Shown: piece by piece, positions 25,843 through 39,608 of the stretch
Layout: the number at the start of each line of letters is the position of its first letter
Position numbering within the stretch: the first letter of the stretch is position 1
DNA from: Octopus sinensis
Taxonomy: Eukaryota
DNA length: 64,000 nucleotides
NCBI RefSeq assembly: GCF_006345805.1
Contig: NC_042998.1
Span: forward strand, 67,766,001 to 67,830,000
Direction: 5' to 3'
The notes under the pieces: generated by a model
Told to the model about the DNA's origin: nothing
Seen by the model: only the letters and a program-made list of their open reading frames with translations
The model's database searches: none
Made by a program: the position numbers and the translations under genes

Positions 25843-26713
25843 ATAGATATATATATATAATATATATAATATATCATTGTATATGTGTGTGTTTGTGTGA
25901 GTGTGTCTGTGTGTTTGTATAGTTTGTGTATAGGTGTACACGTGTATTTTTTGCGTATATTCGTAAGAGCTGTTTGTGTATATGCCACCCGTTTACAAGC
26001 AATTGAAATATTGATGCTACTCAGAAAATTACACTTTTCGTATTACGATCGTCGTATTATTTTCTGTGTTGTTTACTTTTTTTTTTTTGTTTGGTTGTTT
26101 TGGGTTTTTTTTTTTTTGTTCAGCTTGGAACATTTTTTGAGTGCTTTTATTTACTTTTTTTTCCTCGTTTTCAGTTAAGATATATTCACTTAGGAAAGTA
26201 TATATTACACAATTCACGAATTAAAACTTGGTTATCTGAAACTATTTTCTTAGCCACAAAGGTCTATAGAGTTGATAGCATGGAAAAATGATAGATTTAT
26301 TGTTCCAAGTCAGAGGGAAATTCTGTTTGAAATGATGTACAAACCGGAAGATATTTATAACAGCATATGAATAATTTCCCCGAAAAGTTCCTGCAAATTT
26401 TCATCGAATTCAACAGAGCTACAAAGGCAACTTGGGAAATAAAATAAGACTAGCCATATTTCTATCTTCGGGTGTTACTGTAACATCTTTTCCTTTTATC
26501 ACAAAATTGCTTGCACAGGTTTTTTTCCACTACAACACACACTCACACACACACACAAAAACATACGTTATATATGAATACTCATATTTGTTAACCCATA
26601 TATATATATATATAATATATATATAACACATATATACTTATGATATACGTATATACATATCTGTACACACACATATATATATATGTATATATGCAGATAT
26701 ATATATATATATT

Positions 26714-26745
<32 letters not shown>

Positions 26746-26809
26746 GTATGTATATATGCATATATATATATATGTATATATGCATGTATATATATACATA
26801 CCTACATAC

Positions 26810-26852
<43 letters not shown>

Positions 26853-27347
26853 TAGACTGATATAGTATACGCGTATGCACACAAATATATACACGTCTAT
26901 ACACAAGCATAAATACATATGTGCTTGTACCTATTCTCTTTGAAGTATGCAGAATGAAAGAATACCTGAAAGTGATCACCCAGACTTGCTCCGAGATTGT
27001 AGTTTTGCAGGAATATTCTCTAAGACGAAATAAATCAAACATTATCAAGCAATTGATGCGTATCACCTTACAGGCGGCAACAACAGATAATAATTTCTTT
27101 GAGTTTTCTGCTTTGCGTTCCCGTTTCTTTTTTGTAATTGTGTATTCATTTACTCAGCTGGGGAAAATCCGTTCACCGTACATATTTGCAAATAAGAAAT
27201 CTTTCCAACACCTGGGGCTACAGAATTAGTAGAGTTGCTTGATGCAATGTTGGTAATTGTAGCGAGGGTATGAATATTCACCTGTACGTACATACATACA
27301 TATATGTGTGTATATAATATTATATTATATATATATATATATATTAT

Positions 27348-27379
<32 letters not shown>

Positions 27380-27711
27380 CATATACATACATATATATGC
27401 CCAATTGGATACATGTATAAACATATATGTATATATATATAATATATTTACAAATATATACATATCGTGCTTATATGTTTATATAAGCATATATATGCAT
27501 ATATACATACATCTATGCATTCTATATGGTGTGGTATAATATCTAATACACACGTCCTTCTAATTTCTAATATATAATACATAAGTATATATTTATATAT
27601 ATATGTATATAATATATATATATATATATATAATACATAAACATATATATATATAACACACACACACTTGCAAATCGATGCGTCGTTTTCGATTAAATAA
27701 TAAATAATATA

Positions 27712-29220
27712 TAATATAATTTCAACAATTGAGGGCAAAATTAATTAATTATTAATCAATTTCACCAAGTGTTCAGTATGCAAAGGGACCATTCAAGGCG
27801 AATTCAAATTATTACATTATATAAAAGGGCTTAGTAAAATAAATTACTTTGCCGCATACTGAACTCATTAGAAATAGCAGCTAAAAAACTTTTTTAAGGC
27901 TATTTCTAATACTTAAAGAAAATCTCTCTCATAAATAGTGTTTGCTTAATTCAACTCACAAAAGTTTGGGGGTAAGGACATCGAAAAATCAAATGCTAAG
28001 GTTATTCGAGAACGTACGTTTCAAGATTAGTCAAAACAACATTTCTATCATCGGCTCAGAAATTCCTTGTGTGGATTTGGAAACACTGAAAATAAGAACA
28101 TACCCTTTCGAAGATCTGCTCCCAACTAACAGTGCCAACAAATTCAAAATAAGCAAGCGAAGAATCTCTGTTCTCCCCTTCCACCAGCGTGGTTAAAATC
28201 ATCAAACACTATGCTTATTTCGTAAAATCGGAAGCATTAATCAGAGGGAGATAATTATAATTTCAACAATTGAGGGCAAAATAATTAATTATTAATCAAT
28301 TTCACCAAGTGTTCAGTATGCAAAGGGACCATTCAAGGCGAATTCAAATTATTACATTATATAAAAGGGCTTAGTAAAATAAATTACTTTGCCGCATACT
28401 GAACTCATTAGAAATAGCAGCTAAAAAACTTTTTTAAGGCTATTTCTAATACTTAAAGAAAATCTCTCTCATAAATAGTGTTTGCTTAATTCAACTCACA
28501 AAAGTTTGGGGGTAAGGACATCGAAAAATCAAATGCTAAGGTTATTCGAGAACGTACGTTTCAAGATTAGTCAAAACAACATTTCTATCATCGGCTCAGA
28601 AATTCCTTGGTTTGGATTTGGAAACACTGAAAATAAAACATACCCTTTCGAAGATCTGCTCCCAACTAACAGTGCCAACAAATTCAAAATAAGCAAGCGA
28701 AGAATCTCTGTTCTCCCTTTCACCAGCGTGGGTTAAAATCATCAAACACTATGCTTATTTCGGTAAAATCGGAAGCATTAATCAGGGGGATTAATTATAA
28801 TTTCAACAATTGAGGGCAAAATTAATTAATTATTAATCAATTTCACCAAGTGTTCAGTATGCAAAGGGACCATTCAAGGCGAATTCAAATTATTACATTA
28901 TATAAAAGGGCTTAGTAAAATAAATTACTTTGCCGCATACTGAACTCATTAGAATAGCAGCTAAAAAACTTTTTTAAGGCTATTTCTAATACTTAAAGAA
29001 AATCTCTCTCATAAATAGTGTTTGCTCCAATCAGCATTTGATTTTTCGATGTCCTTACCCCCAAACTTTTGTGAGTTGAATTAAGCAAACACTATTTATG
29101 AGAGAGATTTTCTTTAAGTATTAGAAATAGCCTTAAAAAAGTTTTTTAGCTGCTATTTCTAATGAGTTCAGTATGCGGCAAAGTAATTTATTTTACTAAG
29201 CCCTTTTATATAATGTAATA
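27712..29220. repeat. Tandem array of a ~540-bp unit (2 full + 1 partial) plus a terminal inverted segment; each full unit has a hammerhead-like motif on the minus strand
   Basis: ttcaacaattgagggc recurs at 27721, 28262 and 28802; 29033-29220 is the reverse complement of part of the unit. Motif GAG-CCGATGA-..-GAAACGTACGTT-CTC at 28005-28060 and 28545-28600. Confidence 0.85.
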
Positions 29221-30214
29221 TATAATATATATATTTACACACACACTCATATATATATATATATTATATATATATATATATGCACGCATGCGTATATGGA
29301 TACAGGACGTCGCCAACGGTGCAAATAATATGAAATACGTAAACAAACGTGTGAAAACGTGTAAGATACGTATACAACCAGAAAATAAAATGGAAAACAG
29401 GATAACTAAACACAGAGAAATACCCTTCATCAGTTATCAGCTGTCTATCTACTCCTCATTTTGAGGATTTAACGACAATGTGAGTCTTCACATAAATTCT
29501 GAAATAAAATTTAGTATGTATGGGGTGTCAAAGTTGGGAACAATAAATGACAGTGGAGACATACCAGGAAATCGAACGAAAACGAAGATGGAGGGACTAG
29601 AAACGTCGGAAAAGGATTTATATAACAATTAAAATGTCTAGCCCTGTCATATTCTGCATTATGCCGAAAAATACGTTAAGAGTACATACATCTCTAGAAT
29701 TTTCAGTCACGTATGTACTAATGTCATTAACGACTAGACTGTTAAACTAATTGCACGTCTACGTTAAATTAAGGTTAATGCAAAAAACCTTTTTCTTTTT
29801 TTCTTTTACAAATCATTAAAATTTCAGGACATTTAATGATGAGTAAATTCAATATTGAAATTTAATTTGAAGTTCGTTTTATCTGCAAATTTGAGTTCAC
29901 CTGCCGGCTTATTCGGTTTATCTTTGTTAATACGTTATAAAGCAAAAATTAAACTCTTATTCAAAAAACAAATCCACAATATATATGTATGTCTGTATAT
30001 GTGCATGTGTGTGAAGAGAGAGACTGAAGGGGATGGTGAGCTGGAATATACATGTATAATTATATACATATATATATACATATATACGTGTGTGTGTATG
30101 AATTCATGTGTACACACACACACACATATATATACACATATATAAGTGTGTGTGTGTATGAGTTCGTGTACACGCGCGCACACACACACACAATACATAT
30201 ATATATTTATAAAG

Positions 30215-30540
30215 AAGCACTCCGTCGGTTACGACGAAGACGATCCCAGCTAGATAGGACCAACGGAACAGCTTGCTCGTGAATTTGGCGTGCAAGTGGC
30301 TGAGCACCCCACAGACTCCTGCACCCATAACGTAGCTCTCGGGGAGATTCAACGTGACACACAATGGGATAAGACTTGCCGTTTGAAATACAGGTACTAC
30401 TCATTTTTGCCAGCTGAGTGGATTGGAGCAAGGTGAAATAAAGTGTCTTGCTCAAGGACACAACGCGTCGCCGCGAATTGAATTCACGACCTTACGATCG
30501 CGAGTCGAATGCCCTAACCATTAAGCCACGTGCTTTCACA
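30215..30540 (-). mobile_element. SINE family D
   Basis: Reverse complement: gtggcttaatggttagggcattcgactcgcgatcgtaaggtcgtgaattcaattc...gtgtccttgagcaagacactttatttcacc. Confidence 0.8.
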
Positions 30541-30589
30541 TATATATATATGAATGTGTGTGAGTGTGTATGTATGTGTATATATATAT

Positions 30590-30815
30590 ATAGTTAATCC
30601 AAACATGAAAACACAAAGAGAAAACACGACAATGCGAGGCCGTGGAACAAATATAGTATTATTGGACGCTCAGGAAGGAAGGGAAGAAGGAGGGTTTAAC
30701 GTTTCGAGCGGAGTTTTTCGTCGGAAACATAGGAGAAGGAAAGATCCAGAGAAGGGAAGACAGAGGGGAAAAAATCGCCAACGGTACACACGCGGTCACA
30801 ATGAACACATGAGTT
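30590..30815 (-). repeat. Penelope-pLTR-like fragment with hammerhead-like motif
   Basis: Minus 30694-30728: GTTT-CCGACGA-AAAACTCCGCTC-GAAACGTT-AAAC; stem I GTTT/AAAC and palindromic AACGTT. Confidence 0.5.
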
Positions 30816-31326
30816 ATACGTGAGCTACTTCATATATCATGCTTTGTACGTAGTCCGGTTGCTAGAGAGGTTTTTATAGAGTTCCATGCACGAATCTGCA
30901 GTCGTTCAGTCTCAACAACCGTACATACATGCATACATATGTACCTACTTACGTACATACACACATGCATGCATACATATATACATATACGCTCCCCGCC
31001 ACTTGTGTGTGTATGTGTGTGTGTTGAGATAGCTTGGGTATGTATATTGTATACAAGACTACCTCTGTACCTGTAGTACACTTACATACAGTCACATTTT
31101 ATTAAACATATTTAAATTGAAAGATTTTATTCTCCCCAGAATCAACTGAAAAGCGACTGATTCCAGCAGTATTATTTCTAAGATAATGTAAGGAAATGTG
31201 AGTTGGCATGACATAGCTTTCATTACTCATCACATGTTATACTATGTTATATTATATTATATTGCATTACATATATTATATTATATTACATTAAACTATA
31301 TTATATGGTATTGTATTATATTAGAT

Positions 31327-31640
31327 AATGGAGGCGCAATGGCCCAGTGATTAGGGCAGCGGACTCGCGATTTTAGGATCGCGGTTTCGATTCCCAGACC
31401 GGGCCTTGTGACTGTTTATTGAGCGAAAATACCTAAAGCTCCACGAGGCTCCGGCAGGGGGTGATGGTGATCCCTGCTGTACTCTTTCACCACAAATTTC
31501 TCACACTCTTTCTTCTGTTGGCCTACTCGCTTAGCCAGCGGGGTGGCGTCGTTTGAAGGCTAAAACAATGCGAAGCGCATGTGACCAGCGATGTGTAGCA
31601 CCATCTGATAGCCTGGTCGGTCATGGTGATCACGGTGATA
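31327..31640 (+). mobile_element. tRNA-derived SINE family C
   Basis: ggaggcgcaatggcccagtgattagggcagcggactcgcg...gtttcgattcccagaccggg (A and B boxes); inverted copy at 47640-47960. Confidence 0.85.
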
Positions 31641-32374
31641 TTAGATTATATATGTAAATTATATCTACCTGTCCTAATTCAGAAGAATAGAAACAGTGTA
31701 GAAATATATACGCGGATGCATATCTTTATTATTTCCAATAATTTGTAAAGCAGAATTTACTAAATTCTGAATACTTGGATATAGGCAAGCTTAATTCGTA
31801 CCATGCTGCTTGATACAGTCATGACAACGAAGTAATTCTCAAACATATTTTAATGTAATTCATGTATTCGACCTTTATAAATTAGATTTGCATTGTGAAA
31901 GGAAAGGAAGTAGAATGTTTTCTGTTTATGGATGTCATTGTTTTGCTGTGAACTGTATATATTTTTATTTTATTCTTTGTTGTTTTCGAATTTACATCTC
32001 ATAATTGTGTTGCGGGTTATAATGCCAAATTTGATTTTAATAACGACTAAATCTTTCGCAGTTAATCTTTGATGTGTGCGCGCGACCGCTTGTGTGTATG
32101 TGTGTGTGTTTTGTTCTTTTTTCGTAAGTATACCTAGATTTTGTGGGAATTCGTGGCAAGGTTTTCTTCTGTGACCGTGGTAAGCTTCGTGATGTTTATT
32201 TCTCATTATTACAATTAATTTGTTTTCGTATATCCGCTCTGGTTACTTATAGACTGCACAGAAGTTGTCCCTGATTCCATGAGTCTTTCAAGTCATAACA
32301 TGATGTCGACCATGGGAGAGTTTTGGAAACGTGACACTTTATTTGCAAACCTCATTTAATATTCTTCTTGCTGT

Positions 32375-32575
32375 CAATGTGGCGAGCTGGCAGAATCGTT
32401 AGCACGCCGGACGAAATGCTTATCGAGATTTCGTCTGTCTTTAACTTCGGAGTTCAAATGATGCCGTGGTCGATTGTGCCCTTCATCCTTTTGGGGTCGA
32501 TAAAACAAGTACCAATTGATACTGAGGTCAATGTAATCGATTTACACCACCCAGCCCTGAAATTTGAAACCAATT
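32375..32575 (+). mobile_element. SINE family B
   Basis: gtggcgagctggcagaatcgttagcacgccggacgaaatgc...catccttttggggtcgataaaacaagtacc. Confidence 0.8.
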
Positions 32576-32639
32576 TTCTTCGTGCTATTGGCAACCTGTC
32601 ATAATCGTTAGAGGATTATGACGAGAGGCGAGGCGAATT

Positions 32640-32878
32640 TTCTTATTTCTTTATTGCCCACAAGGGGGCTAAATATAGAGGGGACAAACAAGGATAGACA
32701 AACGGATTAAGTCAATTACATCGACCCCAGTACGTAACTGGTACTTAATTTATCGACCCCGAAAGGATGAAAGGCAAAGTCGACCTCGGTGGAATTTGAA
32801 CTCAGAATGCAGCGGCGGACGAAAAACTACGAAGCCTTTCACCTCGCGTGCTAACGTTTCTGCCAGCTCGCCGCCGAG
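32640..32878 (-). mobile_element. SINE family B (longer-tail variant) with TSD
   Basis: Flanked by gaggcgaattttctt / gaggcgaaatttctt direct repeats (15 bp). Confidence 0.8.
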
Positions 32879-33707
32879 GCGAAATTTCTTCCACTCCTTA
32901 CATTCAGAGTTCAAACCCAGCCGAGGTCGATTTTCCTATTCATATCACCTATGTATATAAAATAAAATACCGTCAAGTAGTAAAAGCGATTTAATTACCT
33001 AATTAAACCCGCCAATTATCTTTCGTTTTGCCTAATTTAGAAATCACTATTATGGTACGATCAACCAGAGAACATGGCTTGTTGGTTAAGATATACACCG
33101 CGCAAACGAATATTCATGGACTCTGTTTCTGGACCGGGCAACACGAGAGAGGCACTTCATTTCGTGTTAACTCAGTCTACTCGGCTTAAATTATATCATT
33201 CCAATACTGATACAACCCGCTCTCTCTTCCTCTGGATGTCATCTCCTTGCTGTTTTGCTTGGTCGATGTCGACAGAGCCGAAAGAGTGCGTTTGTCTCTT
33301 GGTGACTAGATAGCAGAAATAATTAGTGACGTCTTGGGAGTGAGTGGCAATCAAAACTCGCTTGCAGGTAATGGTTATACTTGATAATCAACAGTTTACG
33401 CTATCGTGTACTTTTGAATAAAAGGTCGAAATTGGTGAAGTTTGTTAGATGTTGCTACTTATATTTCTTTAGGGAATTGCAACAAGAACCTAGATAAAAT
33501 AATTCATTTCCTAAATGATGGATCTCCCATACACACGAAAAAAAAATGGTTATATATGTTTCGAAAAGACATATATTCATACATTCATCAACACCCAAAA
33601 TTTATCTACAAGCAACGCATCATCGATGTACGTGTCTTTTAGAGAAATTGATGCACGACAGACGTGTCAAAACCTAAATAAATTAATCCGCTACAGCAAC
33701 AACAACA

Positions 33708-33763
<56 letters not shown>

Positions 33764-36700
33764 CACTACTACCACTACTACTACTAACACTACTACTACT
33801 AACACTACTACTACTACACTCATACACTTATACATACATGTGTATATATAATATATATATATATATACGTGTGTGTGTATACACCTATGCATACAACATA
33901 CATGTGTATACATATATGTATATATACGTTTATATAGATTATAAACTTTATGATGAGACGCATACAAACATATATATGTTTGTGTGTGTGTACATATGTG
34001 TGTTTGTTTGTGCGTGTGTCTGTGTAGCATATATGTACATATATATTAGGCAATATATGTATATATATATCAATATTACATTTATAACATTTATGTATGA
34101 ATGTATATATATATGCATGTATATATATGCATATATATATATGTGCACACACATTTATACATATATGTATAGATATATACTTACATATATACACATACAT
34201 GTTTATATATATACATACACACATATATACATTTATATATATATTGTTGTTGTTGGCATCCTTTTTGTCTCGGGAGACAATGGAGTTGCGCATAAAATAA
34301 TCTAGTCCGGCTTTTACATTTCATGTCTTAATACATTTCCTGCGTGCGTGCGCACGGGTATATATATATATATACGCGTGCGCACGCACATGTATATGCA
34401 AATATACTGCTACTTGCATATTTCTCTATCGAGCTACATATCTCTTGTACAGCTACTGAAACCATAATACATAGAAACAGAAAGCTTTGTTTGTTGTGAT
34501 ATTTGAAGGAAAAAAGTCTGACCACTAAATATTTATTTTTAAATCGTTCTTCCCCGATGTATATTACCAACATATATCAATAATACTTATTTGTGTTATT
34601 GCTATCAGTTCTCTATATTTGCATATGTCTATATTTACTAAGCAGTTATATTTACTTTGGCAAATAAAAGATATTAAGTGTAGAGTACGATGCGGAAAGT
34701 GGAAAGAAGAGAATCTAAAAATCCTGAATTCCAATAGCATTTCCATCAGTGAAATTTTCTGCTTATTTGTACTAGTAGTAACCACTACAGCACTCAATAT
34801 AGCTACTCCTACATTTCACTGTGTTTCTTGAAACAATCTATTATGCATTATTTGAAGCAATGTATTTATGATTTATAGATATAGAAATTAGAAATATTGC
34901 TTTCTGATTATTATTAGCTATATTTTTTTTTGTTTTGTCTTAATATTCACAGAAATTAAAATTAGAATGTTTATTAACGAATGATGAATTAAGCAAAAAT
35001 TTATTTACACGTACCAGCTAAACAAATATGTGAAATTACTTTCGTTTTTAATATTTATTCAGTTAATTCTTTTGTTTTCCTTATATGGACTTTCTCGTAA
35101 CTAGTATTATTTTCGTTGTGGAAAATGTCTTAACATTCCACGTAACGTTATTTTTAACGATTCACCAGTTTTCAGCTTTCGTTCAAATTTCCCACAAATT
35201 CTGTTACCAAAATTTAACGACGCCTTTCTTTGCAAATGCTTTGCTTTATCAGGGAAATATTCTTTTTTCAATGAATTTTTCTACATCCATATAAGACTGC
35301 CATTCATTTGTATAAACGTTGAGAATCGAAACCACTATTGTAGGATCATTGTAACGAGCTGCATATTATTTCTCTCTTTGTAAATGCTTTCCTATAAGAC
35401 AAAAATCGATTGTTATGATTTTTCAGTTCATTGACACTAAGAAGATAACCAAAGCCATCCAAATTACAAGAGAAACCTTTCAATACGTCTTGCATAATTT
35501 ATATAATAGACTCAGTGAATATCCAGGAAATTGGTCCTAGAAATTCTACGATTGATGTTTTAAGTCTGATGCAATAACTAACATAGAAATGCAGTTTTAT
35601 GTTCTGGCAGTCATTAGCCTAGCTTGTTGCAACAGAAACAAATACATTTTATGAACAACTATCACGTAAGTGATCGAAATTTATTTCAGCAATCAAATGA
35701 TTTTATTCTGATTTCAAAGTTTAGAAAGTGTACCTAACAGACCAAAGTTCTAGCAAGCTAAATATGAAATGTAAATGTTAAGGGAAAGCCATGTCTAATA
35801 AGCATATAGGACTTGTAGGAGGAGACTTGCTGACTACCGTGCCCGTCCATAAATAATAAGCGCTGAAACTTATACAATTACCAAATCATTTATTATTTAT
35901 TTGCGTACAATCAGATTATAATTTGAGGACTGGATTCCCTGTGTAGCAAAATATTCTTAAAGGCAAAATTAATCCATGGCCACTCGATGACCTTAAAACC
36001 TTCATCAATCAATCAATCAATAGTATTATTACGTTTTTTTTTATTATTCTATCGAGCTTGAGCTGTTAAAAAGATATTTTCACAAAAATTTATAGCAAGA
36101 TCATAAATTACGTATAATCGTTAACTTCTCTGAAAACATTAGTGCCAGTCAGTCGTTTTATTTTAACGTTTCCTGTTCATAATTCAATAATGGAACAAAC
36201 TCCGAACGATGCCAATTTTTTTTTGCTTGTTTTTAGTATGTAACAATATAAATATATTGTAAACAAGTCTAATTACATTTTCCGAAGTTGTTTGCAAAAT
36301 TGAATTCTTGCCTAATTTGTATCTTCTCAGTGAACTGGTAAAGTTTCAAAAAGTATGTCAAGATATACCTGAATTTATTCTCTTTTGTCTAAGATAGGAA
36401 ATAAACTAAATATATTACTACTAAAGGTAAAAAAAAAAGAAATTGAAGTTATTAACGATAGAAACAAACGGAAACATCAGAAAATAGCAAACGTACACAG
36501 CAAATAAAAGGAAGCCGTAGAGTATTTTCAAGATGTTATAAACTTTAATGATAAACACATTTAAAAATTGCCAAAATATATAAGCGGGCATCAACATAGC
36601 TTTTATGAATTATTAGATAATAAAGGGGAAAGCGAAGAATTGGTCAAATCTGTAGTGCGGCTGATTGAATTCATTTCAAAATTCACTAACGTTCTGAGTT

Positions 36701-37252
36701 CATATGGTTCCAAAGTAGCTCTTATTTCTTCTTAGTTTCCGAGTTTATCAGGTGAGTACCTGTTACATGATTCAGCTGTATCAATCAACTTTAGCCTCCT
36801 TAGAATTATGTAGTCTTGTGCCAATTTTAGAAGCATTAGTAGAGGAGGAAAATGGAAATAAAATTGAAATAAAAAAGTGTTGAACTGGCAGAATCAGTAA
36901 AGTGGCCGACAAAATTGATCAGAGTATTTAGTTACACGCTACCAACTAACGTTAAGGTTTCCATTTCATCTTTATGTTGAGAGATACAATATAAGAGTGA
37001 AGAACTTATTCGATTTAAAGAATACATCGCTACTCTTTCTTTCTTTCTATGAAAGCAATTACACGAAGTGTATAAAGTCGGTTAATTGGCAGAATCTTTA
37101 AAGAATTGTGAAAGTAGTGGTATCTACTTACGAACATGGGCGTTCTGCGTCAAAATCTTATTGTGGCTGATATATTTTAATAACATCCAGCACACATGCA
37201 CACACACATATATATATATATATTTATGCACACTTTATCTATCTATATTTAC

Positions 37253-37318
<66 letters not shown>

Positions 37319-38521
37319 GTGTGTGTGTGTGAATATATATATATATTATAAATATATATATATTCGCAATATATATATATATATATCTCGATTAATATTC
37401 ATAACATAAGGACTCAGACGACTTATATATAAAACGTGTATGTATATTGCTTTGTTCCAGATATGATGAGATAACACCGTAGAGGGATTGGTTGGCACAT
37501 CCCATTAGTACTGCATTTTTCTTCGCTCTCTATTTTAGTGAAGTAGATTTCAAGTAACTTCGGTGATCAAGCAGTGTCACGTAATAAGTTACCTAAAGCC
37601 CAATCATGCGATGCACAACATGTATATGTAACCCGTATATGTATGTACATGTGCGTGCACGCGTGTATATATATATATATATATTGCTAATGTTAATTGG
37701 GTGTACAGTTAGAGTGTTTCCAGCGATATACTCAACCTGAATACTGGGCTCTCAGCACTATCGGGATCCAAGCCAAAGCCGGAATATTTCTGTTGTAGAA
37801 ATTCCATGTCTACCGACGATTATACCGTCATATGATTTGACTGAGAGTAGATAATCCAATGAAAAGGAGAAGAGAAAGAAAATCCTTTAATAAATCTTTA
37901 ATCATTAGTTACAAATTTTTCTGAATCATATCCATTTAGAACGCCAGTTTACGCGAAAATTCAAAAGGAAAATCACGTAATATTTGCGGTTTTAGGCATT
38001 GCAGCCTTGCATCAATGGCGTGCTATTATATTGTGCGCACAATGTTACAGCAAGCCTTTGTTGCAAGTCTACGGATGTGCTTCTTAAATGTCTAAGACCG
38101 TAAATATTATGTGATTTTTCTTTTGAATTTTCGCGTAAACTGTTGTTGCAAATTGATATGGTACGGAAACAACTGTAGCTAATAATTAAAGCTGTATTAA
38201 AGAATATTTTCTTTGACTTCTTGTTTTCATTGCATATAAATGTGTGTGTGTGTGACTGCATATGGGGTTAGGTAGGTAAACAGATATTGATATATACGTA
38301 TATATTTTCATGCAAATCCAAGCACGATCATATTATAAAGAACTGGTATCCCCGCTGATTTAGTCTATTAATTTCATTCCCAAGATCCAAGGCATTATTG
38401 GAAGTTTTCTCAAAGTGCAGCGCTGTGCGACTGAACCAGAAACCTCGTCGTTTTGAAGTAGACTTATTAACTACACAGCTATTCCTGCAACAACGCCTAT
38501 ATATATTATATATATATATAT

Positions 38522-39135
38522 ATATAACAATTTAGGAGTGACCCTAACAGGTCATTCGTCCACCAGAAAGAGCAGCCATAACTCACACCGCCAAGTAGTA
38601 GTAATTCAGAAATTAGGTGAAAATTTAAAAACATTTACCCTAATTCATCTTTTAGACGTTGCAACGTTTCTGTGTTATTAATGATTAAATTAGCTTAATT
38701 AAATTAAATTAAGCTAATCTACCATAGGTTACACTTCATCAGTAAAAAACCTGGGAGAGACAAATATACACGAGGCGTCTGTATCGATGCCTACGGAATA
38801 TCTGTCTTAAAATTTTCAAGACTGACGTATTCGCGCCAAACTTATCAGCAGTAAATATAAACTGCCGATTCAATCTCAGAATTATTCAGAAAATTATCAA
38901 TTAGTCAATTTTTACTGATGAAGTGTAACCTATGGTAGATTAGCTTAATTTAATTTAATTAAGCTAATTTAATCATTAATAACACAGAAACGTTGCAACG
39001 ACTAAAAGATGAATTAGGGTAAATGTTTTTAAATTTTCACCTAATTTCTGAATTACTACTACTTGGCGGTGTGAGTTATGGCTGCTCTTTCTGGTGGACG
39101 AATGACCTGTTAGGGTCACTCCTAAATTGTTATAT
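38522..39135. mobile_element. Non-coding foldback element: two ~227-bp inverted arms, each with a type-I hammerhead motif, and a 160-bp spacer
   Basis: 38522-38748 versus 38909-39135: I found one mismatch by eye (position 39001). The element is flanked by TA-rich sequence. Confidence 0.85.
38650..38746 (-). ncRNA. Putative minimal type-I hammerhead ribozyme (GUC cleavage triplet)
   Basis: TTTTA-CTGATGA-A-GTGT[long insert with a 12-bp hairpin]ACAC-A-GAAA-CGTTGCAACG-TC-TAAAA. Stem I is TTTTA/TAAAA; stem III is the 12-nt palindrome ACGTTGCAACGT. Confidence 0.6.
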
Positions 39136-39227
39136 TTATATATTTAGTCGATGACTATTTTCTCTTTTCCACCAGGCCGCTGGTAGCGATAAATTTCTAT
39201 TGAATTTTTTTGCTACCCTAAATTGAC

Positions 39228-39271
<44 letters not shown>

Positions 39272-39576
39272 CGGTGCCTTTATTTCAATTTGTAGATGAA
39301 TTGATGAGACCCAGTATTATCAGACGTCTTTATGTTTCACTTGTAATTACATAGAGGCATTTCATTCGTATTTGTCACTTAATGTGTTATTGGCTTTCAT
39401 GTTAGTTTTGATTATTTGTACAAAAACAGCCCATTAACACATGTAAACAAGTATTTTACCAGTCTATCCTAATTTACCCATAAATAGAAGGAAATTATAT
39501 CTAAAGACATTATGTGTGTATTTATATATAAGAACATTAGAAACATATTATGCATATGGTATATATATATATATAA

Positions 39577-39608
<32 letters not shown>

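Noticed and set aside
26930-27290. Possible exon or decayed coding fragment on either strand
   Set aside because: Stops interrupt the minus frames, and the plus ORF has no recognisable similarity or donor site.
27712-29220. CRISPR-like or gene-duplication reading of the tandem repeats (duplicated 84-aa ORFs at 27942 and 28482)
   Set aside because: Units are 540 bp with no unique spacers, the context is eukaryotic, and the ORFs differ by frameshifting indels and show no homology.
29410-29445. CTGATGAAGGG on the minus strand as another hammerhead core
   Set aside because: No matching stem II or GAAA downstream.
31139-31200. Plus-strand acceptor/donor pairs (also 40431-40459 and 56669-56745)
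   Set aside because: Short, closed in all frames or inside repeats, with no homology; consistent with chance splice-like signals in AT-rich DNA.
31327-31400. tRNA-like sequence with A and B boxes (also 43818, 47890, 62595, 7490)
   Set aside because: No complete acceptor stem or cloverleaf; each continues into a shared SINE body, so these are SINE heads and not tRNA genes.
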